A stretch of 64,000 nucleotides of DNA from Cyanophora paradoxa CCMP329 (taxonomy: Eukaryota; Plantae; Glaucophyta), in the NCBI GenBank assembly GCA_004431415.1, contig QPMI01000494.1, forward strand, positions 1 to 64,000. Reading direction: 5' to 3'. The position numbers were made by a program, and so were the translations under genes. The notes beneath the pieces are model-generated. The model saw only the letters and a program-made list of their open reading frames with translations, was not told where the DNA came from and searched no databases. Of the stretch, positions 11,473-18,690 are shown one piece after another. Numbering within the stretch: the first letter of the stretch is position 1; each line of letters opens with the position of its first letter.

Positions 11473-12543
11473 ATGACCTCTCTATTAGAGATTCCAAATT
11501 ATGAACTTGCAGCCAAATCACTACACAGCACCTCTCATGGAGTAGTTGATTCAACCCCTGGGTATATTTGCACTGAAACTTCAAGTAATACCTCTTTCAC
11601 AGAGAATAATATACTCAGAGTTAAAGAGATTAGATGTGATCGAAATGGAGGCAAGATAAGAACCACAGGAATAATTATCTCGAATAAAAATCAAGTTCAA
11701 GCAGGTCAAGTAGTCCCCGATTCAGCAATATATGATAATGTGGGTGGATTTACCACAGCTCAGATAGTTACTTTTGGTAACACAAGTAATAATTCCGCTC
11801 TTGTTGTCAAGAGTGGAGGAGCCTACATTGGTGATGGAGCAAATGTAGCAGGAACTGTCACAGCTAATCAATTAAATGTGAGTGGGACAAGTTCATTTAC
11901 AGGATTGATGACCTTCAATGGTGGACTCTTGGGAAATGTTAGCGTTGAAACTCGAAAAGCTACAACAAGAGTTAATGCACCTGAGATGGATAATGGGACA
12001 GATGCAAATGTGAATTATAAACGAAACGGAAATACCATTTTCACTCTCGAAAAGACAATAACAGATCTGAAAGCAATCACAATCCCGGAAAATAGTGGTC
12101 TGAAACGATCCTATTGTCCAAGAATGAATATATCAAGACAAGCTCCTGGTTTGACAGGGTCCATAATACTTACAGCTGGAACACCCTTTAACTTTATAAA
12201 TGGAGCTTATCTTGTAAACAATGAAGGAAACTTTTCATCCACAAAATTTACAGCTCCTGTTTCCGGAGTATATAGGGTGTTCTTTGCATGTATGAGAGCT
12301 GGCACAACCTCTTATACTCATATTGCTACCAGCATTTATTTAAATGGAAATCCTACAACCATCCAAACAAGGGTTTCAATGCCGTCCGCAGGGATTTCTA
12401 ATACATTTGTAACTCCAATTTCATATGAAATTTTACTTTCTGTTATTGAAGGTGACTCCTTTGATATACGCAATTCTTCTGGAGCCAGTCTTCAATTTGA
12501 TATCAGATACTATTTTTCTTGTTATCTTGTTACTGCTACATAA
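11473..12543 (+). CDS. Fibre-like paralogue 1: shared N-terminal module plus C-terminal C1q/TNF-like domain
   Basis: N-terminal EIRCDRNGGKIRTTG...SGGAYIGDG shared with three downstream genes. C-terminal 'NNEGNFSSTKFTAPVSGVYRVFF...FSCYLV' is the C1q signature. Confidence 0.8.
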   Translation: MTSLLEIPNYELAAKSLHSTSHGVVDSTPGYICTETSSNTSFTENNILRVKEIRCDRNGGKIRTTGIIISNKNQVQAGQVVPDSAIYDNVGGFTTAQIVTFGNTSNNSALVVKSGGAYIGDGANVAGTVTANQLNVSGTSSFTGLMTFNGGLLGNVSVETRKATTRVNAPEMDNGTDANVNYKRNGNTIFTLEKTITDLKAITIPENSGLKRSYCPRMNISRQAPGLTGSIILTAGTPFNFINGAYLVNNEGNFSSTKFTAPVSGVYRVFFACMRAGTTSYTHIATSIYLNGNPTTIQTRVSMPSAGISNTFVTPISYEILLSVIEGDSFDIRNSSGASLQFDIRYYFSCYLVTAT

Positions 12544-12565
12544 TATTATCTGTATAATATAAAGA

Positions 12566-13588
12566 ATGTCCACACAAATAGCAGTTCCTGTTTTCTGTTA
12601 TGCCGCCCCAAAAATACATCAACTGAACCATACAGTAACAGATGCAACACCTGGGTTTATTTGCACAGAAACAACAGGGGCTGATTCGTTTTCACAAAAT
12701 TCTGTGATTAGATGCAAAGAAATTCGATGTGATCGCAATGGGGGAAAAATAAGAACCACAGGACTCATTGTATCTAACAAGAACCAAGTCCAATCAGGTC
12801 AAATTGTTTCAGATACAGCAATTTATGACAATGTGGGAGGGTTCACCACACCCAAAATAGTTACTTTTGATAATACAATTAATAATGCTGCTCTTTCAGT
12901 TAGAAGTGGAGGGGCATATATTGGAGATGGGGCAAGGATTGATGGAACTCTAACAGCCAATCAAGTAAACATTACAGGAACAAGCACATTTACAGGTTCA
13001 GTAACAGCCAATGGAGGCATAAGTATTCCAGAAACAACACAATCGATAATAACAGCAACTTCCAAGGTGGTCACACCTGAAATCGATACAGGAGCAAATG
13101 TGAATCTTGTTTTGAAACGCAACAGTGATATTATGGCTACTCTGGAAGCCAATCGCTTGACAATCAACACAAATTGTTATTTAAAATATGACTATCAGCC
13201 TCGATTTTCTGTTCAACTTAATTATCCTCATGTTGCTACCAGTGAAACTGCTCTTATCAATTGGGGGGTAGTGTTTGTGAATAATAGGGGGGCATTCAAT
13301 GTCAGTAATGGAAGGTTCACTGCTCCTGTTGCAGGTCATTACAGATTTACAGCATATACCCATTCAACATCAAGTAGTCCAATAAGTCTCTCTTTAAAAG
13401 TAAATGACCAAGACCCAGGGGGTCAAAGTATTATAACACAAAATAACTCCACTCTTACGAATAAACCGCTTTACATTAGTGTAATTCTCAACATTGCTAT
13501 GGGTGAGTATATAACACTTGTAACAAATAATGGGGGTAGCTACACAAATCGAACAACATTCACAGGTGAACTTTTGAGTGTCACATAA
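12566..13588 (+). CDS. Fibre-like paralogue 2: shared N-terminal module plus C-terminal C1q/TNF-like domain
   Basis: N-terminal ~150 aa highly similar to 11473-12543. C-terminal 'GAFNVSNGRFTAPVAGHYRFTAY...TTFTGELL'. Confidence 0.8.
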   Translation: MSTQIAVPVFCYAAPKIHQLNHTVTDATPGFICTETTGADSFSQNSVIRCKEIRCDRNGGKIRTTGLIVSNKNQVQSGQIVSDTAIYDNVGGFTTPKIVTFDNTINNAALSVRSGGAYIGDGARIDGTLTANQVNITGTSTFTGSVTANGGISIPETTQSIITATSKVVTPEIDTGANVNLVLKRNSDIMATLEANRLTINTNCYLKYDYQPRFSVQLNYPHVATSETALINWGVVFVNNRGAFNVSNGRFTAPVAGHYRFTAYTHSTSSSPISLSLKVNDQDPGGQSIITQNNSTLTNKPLYISVILNIAMGEYITLVTNNGGSYTNRTTFTGELLSVT

Positions 13589-13610
13589 ATTTTCTCTTTA
13601 TAAAGTAGGA

Positions 13611-13877
13611 ATGTCGAATATCTACCAAGTAGTTCTCTCAGATACTGAGAAGCTGGGAATGGAATTCTGTGCCGCTTCTGTTCAGGATTGGATTGATAAT
13701 GTGGTTCATAACAGGGCAAGAATTGCAATTGATGACATTGTTCAGAAAGAGATTCAATCTTGCATCTCATCAGGAGTTCAAATACCAACCTCAAAGGAAG
13801 CAATTGTATTACAGGCATTCCAAAGGGGAACTGTAAAGAAAGGCATCGAGTATAATAATGTCACAGAAGAACAATGA
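13611..13877 (+). CDS. Small helical protein resembling those following tail-fibre genes in aquatic phages (putative fibre partner/chaperone)
   Basis: Pattern 'LSDTE...A.SVQDWIDNVVHNRARIAIDDIV...C...GVQIP..KEAIV..AF..G.VK'. Resemblance is recalled, not searched. Probable start MSNIY at 13611. Confidence 0.6.
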   Translation: MSNIYQVVLSDTEKLGMEFCAASVQDWIDNVVHNRARIAIDDIVQKEIQSCISSGVQIPTSKEAIVLQAFQRGTVKKGIEYNNVTEEQ

Positions 13878-13912
13878 ACATTATTTTTCTTTCCTTCTTA
13901 GTAAAAGAAGCA

Positions 13913-14758
13913 ATGGGTGAATATAATCGAGTTCAACTGCCTATATATTCCCTTGGATCCCCTGCAATGCACTTTCGCCAGCATGAAGTTAATGATGAGG
14001 TTCGTGGTTTGGAATCTACTGAGAGACCCAATTCCAATGGTAACTCCTTTGATAAAAACTCGATTATTCGGGTTAAAGAACTGAGAGCAGACAAGAATTC
14101 TGGTGTGGTTAAAACCACTCGACTCCTTGTCTCAAATGCGAACTTCTTCCAACCAACTAATGGAGGTCCTGATGCTTACAGTGTTGATCTGAAAGCCCTC
14201 GATTTCGATAAGAATTCTGCTGCTGTAACTGTGAGATCAGGTGGCGCATTTATTGGTGGTGGTTGCAGAGTTTCAGGTCAGCTTTCATCCTCAATTTCGT
14301 ATAATGATGTCCCAGATACTCTTGAACAGAATGTTGAAGACCCCCAACGAATTCGATTATATATACCAGTTGCACAACAGCCACTTATTCAATTTTACCA
14401 AGGTTATACTGTCACACTTGAAAACTCTGAATTGATTGAAGGAACCAAAAGAGTAATGAGAGGGCTGGTCATTCCTTCTGCAATGCTTTCTTTATGTAGA
14501 GCCAACAATAACCAGCCAGGTCACAGATACAATTTCAGTGTTCAAGGATATGATCATTTCGGCACAGGGTTCTGTGTTTATAATAACAATTTCACCTATG
14601 ATCTGTTTGTTACAGATATTGGAAAATATACAATTACAGTTATGGGGATCAGAACAGATATAGCTGCTGTCTCAGCTCTTAGAGGTGTTACTCCTGATAC
14701 TCTTTCTCAAACAGGGTTTTACCAAGAGCCAGATGTAATTGATGACCCCACCCCATAA
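13913..14758 (+). CDS. Fibre-like paralogue 3: shared N-terminal module plus unassigned beta-rich C-terminal domain
   Basis: IRVKELRADKNSGVVKTTRLLVSNANF...VRSGGAFIGGG. Probable start MGEYN at 13913 (track start 13874). Confidence 0.75.
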   Translation: MGEYNRVQLPIYSLGSPAMHFRQHEVNDEVRGLESTERPNSNGNSFDKNSIIRVKELRADKNSGVVKTTRLLVSNANFFQPTNGGPDAYSVDLKALDFDKNSAAVTVRSGGAFIGGGCRVSGQLSSSISYNDVPDTLEQNVEDPQRIRLYIPVAQQPLIQFYQGYTVTLENSELIEGTKRVMRGLVIPSAMLSLCRANNNQPGHRYNFSVQGYDHFGTGFCVYNNNFTYDLFVTDIGKYTITVMGIRTDIAAVSALRGVTPDTLSQTGFYQEPDVIDDPTP

Positions 14759-14781
14759 ATTATATATTACTTTAATGTAAA

Positions 14782-15609
14782 ATGGCTGCCCCAGTAGAGC
14801 GAATTATTACACCCCAACTCTCATTAGCAGCACCTGCAAATCACGTTTTGCAGCATGCTACCTTTGATGATGTAGAAGGTCTCCAATCCACAGAAGTGCA
14901 ACCTACAATGAATACTTTTGGTTCCACCCACAAACTGAGATTGCAGGAACTCAGGTGTGATAAAAATAATGGTATAGTTAAGACAACGAAACTCCTTGTC
15001 ACAAATGCAAACTTTTCTGCCCATTATGGAGACCCAGACAGTTATGGTGATCCTCTTTCTACTTACTCTTTTGAATCTCGGTCGGGAGCTATTAACTGCA
15101 AAACGGGGGGAGCATATATTGGTGATGGTCTTCGGATTGGTGGAGCTGTTGGTGCGCCTCTTTTCGTAAATGATCAACCCAACCCCATTGATCCCAACAC
15201 CAGAATTCGCACCTATGTCCCCAGTATGAATGCACCATATATTATAAAGATCTTCCCAATTGTTGTGAATGAGCAGACATCAGTAGTTGATTCTCTTGTT
15301 GAGATTGGTGACCACTACAAGGTGGTTGTCGATATCCCACCAGATGTTTATGCTGTCTGTCAAGTGGAGGGTGGAACCCCAAATATTGCAGTTGTGATCA
15401 CCCCATATGACAATTTCGGAATCGCTTATCATGGAGTGAATTTCGGTCTTGAAGATTACCAGTTCTTGGTGAGAGCCACCAGATTTGGTATCTACAAATG
15501 CATTCTCTATGCTGAGAGAACCGATGCTATTGCAAGACAGAATACATATGCAGAGTATTACGGCACAAATCGATACTTCCCCATTTTCGGGCAGGATACT
15601 GCTCCATAG
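14782..15609 (+). CDS. Fibre-like paralogue 4: shared N-terminal module plus unassigned beta-rich C-terminal domain
   Basis: LRLQELRCDKNNGIVKTTKLLVTNANF...KTGGAYIGDG. C-terminus is distantly similar to paralogue 3 (RIR.Y.P, YD.FG, G.Y......RTD). Confidence 0.75.
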   Translation: MAAPVERIITPQLSLAAPANHVLQHATFDDVEGLQSTEVQPTMNTFGSTHKLRLQELRCDKNNGIVKTTKLLVTNANFSAHYGDPDSYGDPLSTYSFESRSGAINCKTGGAYIGDGLRIGGAVGAPLFVNDQPNPIDPNTRIRTYVPSMNAPYIIKIFPIVVNEQTSVVDSLVEIGDHYKVVVDIPPDVYAVCQVEGGTPNIAVVITPYDNFGIAYHGVNFGLEDYQFLVRATRFGIYKCILYAERTDAIARQNTYAEYYGTNRYFPIFGQDTAP

Positions 15610-15634
15610 AAATCTCAGGTATATATAGAGAGGG

Positions 15635-15907
15635 ATGGATGATAAAACAAAGAAATTCATAGAATCTGCAATGATGGTTCATGGTGATGCTAAATTCGAT
15701 TATAGTGAGACAGTGTATAAGAAAGCACAAGAGAAGGTCTCTGTTAGATGCCTCAAATGCAACAAGATCCTCCAAACCTACCCATTTAATCATGTAAGGG
15801 GAAGTGGATGCAGAGAGTGCAACAAGAAATCCTCTCATGCTTACAGAAAAAAGACTACATCAGGAATCGTGATAGATGATAAACCAGTAGTATTATATTT
15901 CGATTAG
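15635..15907 (+). CDS. Small Zn-ribbon protein (DUF723-like repeat unit seen in phage/giant-virus endonuclease-associated proteins)
   Basis: FI..A..VHG..KFDYSET.Y.....KV.VRC..C......P.NH.RG.GC..C pattern. Confidence 0.65.
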   Translation: MDDKTKKFIESAMMVHGDAKFDYSETVYKKAQEKVSVRCLKCNKILQTYPFNHVRGSGCRECNKKSSHAYRKKTTSGIVIDDKPVVLYFD

Positions 15908-16053
15908 ATCTTTGAGAGAGAAATGAGAATCTTTCCCCATTTTCCCTTGGTGATTATGCATGTGTCAAAGCAGTTTGGACAGGTCTTGTGGTAGTGCAGC
16001 AGAATGATATCCACCAACTCATAAGGTAGCACTCTTGCTAAGATGGTTCGCAT
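15904..16053 (-). CDS. 49-aa ORF with F-box-like start (LPYELVDIIL) and CxxCxxxC
   Basis: Manual translation MRTILARVLPYELVDIILLHYHKTCPNCFDTCIITKGKWGKILISLSKI*. Below the ORF-track cutoff; fills the intergenic gap. Confidence 0.35.
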   Translation of the reverse strand: MRTILARVLPYELVDIILLHYHKTCPNCFDTCIITKGKWGKILISLSKI

Positions 16054-16093
16054 TCTACCAATCGCGTTTTTAATTTTTCTAAATTATTCATAA

Positions 16094-16495
16094 ATGAATA
16101 CTCATCGAGGCTTCCATGTGATGCTGGATTACAAATTCAGAACCCAATTAGCAGTAGGAGTGGAAGACTTGGAGACAACAACCAGGTGGTTAATGCAGTT
16201 CTTGCAAACTATTATTCAAGAGCAAGGTATTCGAGTAGTTCACAAGCATTGCGAGATTTTCGATGGTGGTATTTCTCCTCCTGGTTTTGCAATGGTTCTT
16301 CTGCTGGATGAGAGCCATTGCACTGCTCACTGTTACTCAAATGAAGGTATGCTGGCGATTGATATATTCAGTTGTGGATTGGAAGCAGAGAGAAAAACCA
16401 CGAGAGTATCTCATGAGATAGATGCTCGAATAACAGGTGTGTTTTCAGGGTTGGAGAAATCGGAGAAACATAGAGTATTGCGATTTCCGAGTTAG
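16094..16495 (+). CDS. speD: Prokaryotic-type S-adenosylmethionine decarboxylase proenzyme (SpeD/SpeH family, pyruvoyl-dependent)
   Basis: G.HVMLD N-terminus, PPGFAMVLLLDESHCTAHCY with the E|SH autocleavage site, and AIDIFSCG. 133 aa fits the compact class 1B form. Confidence 0.85.
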   Translation: MNTHRGFHVMLDYKFRTQLAVGVEDLETTTRWLMQFLQTIIQEQGIRVVHKHCEIFDGGISPPGFAMVLLLDESHCTAHCYSNEGMLAIDIFSCGLEAERKTTRVSHEIDARITGVFSGLEKSEKHRVLRFPS

Positions 16496-16553
16496 TTGAC
16501 ACTGAGAAATTCAGAATTTCAGATGGTCTTACTGAAAATGGTCAGATAATCGG

Positions 16554-16710
16554 GTGTGATACCTATTTAATTGACTGTGACGCCTCTTTAATTGACTGTG
16601 ACGCCTGTGACGCCTGTGACGCCTACTTTCAAACTTTTTAAAATTTTCAAAAATGACAGACTTCTGAAAACAGCCGTCACAGCCGTCACAGGCGTCACAC
16701 CCAATTAAAA
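16554..16710. repeat. Inverted iteron unit, copy 2
   Basis: (tgtgacgcc)x3-4, core tactttcaaactttttaaaattttcaaaaatgacagacttctgaaaaca, then (g[c/g]cgtcaca)x3. Confidence 0.9.
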
Positions 16711-16865
16711 ATGGAATCTCTTTCTCTTACTGAGATTTTCGAAAATATATTCTTGTCTTACTGAAATCCGTCTTGTGACACCTCTGACACCTACAAAACA
16801 CTATCCATTAATCAACCTTTTTGAAAATGCGAAGTTGTCTTACTGGAAATGGTCTGCAATTTCGC

Positions 16866-16990
16866 TGTGACACCTAATTTAATTGAGTGTGACGCCTGTG
16901 ACGCCTGTGACACCTACTTTCAAACTTTTTAAAATTTTCAAAAATGACAGACTTCTGAAAACAGGCGTCACAGCCGTCACAGGCGTCACA
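16866..16990. repeat. Inverted iteron unit, copy 3
   Basis: Core identical to copy 2, flanked by inverted iteron triplets. Confidence 0.9.
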
Positions 16991-17111
16991 GACATTCCAC
17001 CCCTCTTACTGACTTTCTCAAAAACAAAACTATCTCTTACTGAATATCATTTGAATACTACCTGTCACACTTGATCTCAATTATTCTGTTTTATAGAACA
17101 TATGCAATCTA

Positions 17112-17358
17112 ATCGATTGTTCAATTGGAGACCATGCAACTCTGTGACAAGTTTTAGGTGCAAAAATGTAAATCCGCAATCCCATCGATTGTTTAATTGG
17201 ACGTGATGCAGTTCCGATATATTCCAATAGAAAATCCCGCAATATAATCGATTGTTTAATTGGAGATAATGCAACTCTGTGACAGTTTTTGGGTGCAAAA
17301 ATGCAAATCAGCAATCTCATCGATTGTTCAATTGGACACAATGCAACTCTGTGACACT
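17112..17358. repeat. Subterminal tandem repeat, four units (spacing 72/63/72 bp), ATCGATTGTTYAATTGGA...ATGCAACTCTGTGACA
   Basis: Unit starts at 17112, 17184, 17247 and 17319. Confidence 0.85.
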
Positions 17359-17673
17359 TTTTGCGTTTTTCGATACAGAATGGGCGGTGGTCTACTTCAA
17401 TACAAGAGAGATATATCGAGTTTTTGCGAATTTATGCAATTTAATCGCGATTATATCGATCTTTAAGTAGTTTAATGCAAATTAATCGCAGATTTGTATG
17501 TAATCGACAAAGAACATAATCAATCGATATAAGATCAATTGATTCAATCGTAAATATGCATAAAGTTAAACGCGTTTTTCATTTTTAATACAAAGTTTGC
17601 ATTAATTTATACAAAGTTTGCATAAAAAGTTAAAGAAATTAATCGATAAATACGTATTTTAGTATTAATTTTG

Positions 17674-17768
17674 ACACATATGTATAAACTTATTTAAATC
17701 CTGAGTGAATCGAGATCGCGAAGCGATCGAGATGAACGAGGGATTTAAATAAGTTTATACATATGTGT
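17674..17768 (+). other. 95-nt terminal hairpin: 28-bp perfect stem, T.G pair, three tandem GA/GA mismatches and a GCGAAGC cap; abuts the virus-host junction
   Basis: 17674-17701 acacatatgtataaacttatttaaatcc is the exact reverse complement of 17741-17768. The interior pairs as t-ga-gt-ga-atc-ga-gatcgc[gaa]gcgatc-ga-gat-ga-ac-ga-g. Confidence 0.9.
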
Positions 17769-18248
17769 GCGCCCCCCGGGCCCACCGCACTGCGGGACTG
17801 CGGCACGAGGGATCCGGATGGTCGGCATTGGCCGCCGGGCGCCAGACTCTGAGAGCTACCAGTATCCGCCGCGCGCGGCACGGCCGATACATATCGATGA
17901 TCAGAAATCAGGCCCTGAGGATCACTTGAGTGACACTGACTCAGTGACTCTCACTGAGTCAGACAGATCGGCGCCTAGTCACATAGTAGTTGCCGCCTAC
18001 TGCAGCTGGGTAGGCTGCCTAGCGCCCGCGGCCAGTCGCCGCCAGATCCCATCAGGCCCCCGACCGGTACCATCCCTCGATTTGTGATCATCGGATTGCT
18101 TTGTTGATTTTTAATATTAATATTACTACCTACGGGGGGTTCGCCCTTCCGAGTCGTTCCGACGGGCTTCCGTAGTCTCTCAAAAACAAATATAGCAGTA
18201 TTAGCATGCAGACAATCCCAAAAGAGATTTAATTATAGCAGACAGCAG

Positions 18249-18690
18249 AAAACGCATTAATTTGGTACCGCATTATTGAAGTGCGCGCATTACGTATACG
18301 GTATACTACTAGTCGTCGTTTAGTTAAGTGTTACACGGTACTATGTGACGGTAGTGACGGTAGTAGTCACGGTACCGGTACGTACCTAGACCTTCAGGGT
18401 ACTACGGTAAGTTGTCGGTAACCAGGCGGTCCAAACCCACTACCGTAGAACACTTGAGCCTCGGAGTAATGCGCCAGTGATTAATGCGTTTTTGGACCCG
18501 GAACCCCCTTGTGGTTCATATGCGCCCCCCAAATTAATGCGTTTTGAAGCCTTCTGACTGCGTGAGCCTCGGAGGGGGGTACATCTTAGCGCCGGCTTTG
18601 TGCTTCGATATTAATGCGTTTTGCCAGCGGAAAACGCATTAATTTGGGGGCGAATTAATTAAGCGCGCGCATTACTTAAGTGTTCTACCG
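18249..18690. repeat. Cluster of AAAACGCATTAAT(TTGG) motifs in both orientations; possible non-autonomous DNA-transposon remnant
   Basis: Copies at 18249 (+), 18480 (-), 18524-18545 (-), 18610 (-), 18631-18652 (+). 18524-18545 and 18631-18652 are a 22-bp inverted pair. Confidence 0.55.

Larger units (their letters stand above)
1..17768. mobile_element. Endogenous Polinton/Maverick-like DNA virus (right-hand part; left end outside window)
   Basis: AT-rich, intronless, tightly packed ORFs. Co-occurrence of pPolB, rve integrase, D5-like helicase and virion-fibre-like genes. Repeat-rich non-coding end at 16500-17768 and an abrupt switch to GC-rich intron-containing DNA at 17769. Confidence 0.9.

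Noticed and set aside
8131-15609. Prophage or bacterial contamination as the source of the tail-fibre-like genes
   Set aside because: They are contiguous and compositionally uniform with Polinton-type pPolB and rve integrase. No Shine-Dalgarno pattern, terminase, portal or tail-tube genes are seen.
11473-15609. Diversity-generating retroelement acting on the fibre tips
   Set aside because: No reverse transcriptase and no template/variable repeat pair differing only at adenines is visible in the window.
1-16495. Major capsid protein, packaging ATPase or adenain-like protease
   Set aside because: No ORF shows recognisable motifs for these. They probably lie outside the window, so none is called.
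17112-17358. Regularly spaced repeats as a CRISPR array
   Set aside because: Inter-repeat segments are themselves homologous rather than unique spacers, there are no cas genes, and the context is a eukaryotic virus.
16883-17470. Short ORFs in the terminal region
   Set aside because: They are translations of the iteron and tandem repeats, with no independent coding signal.
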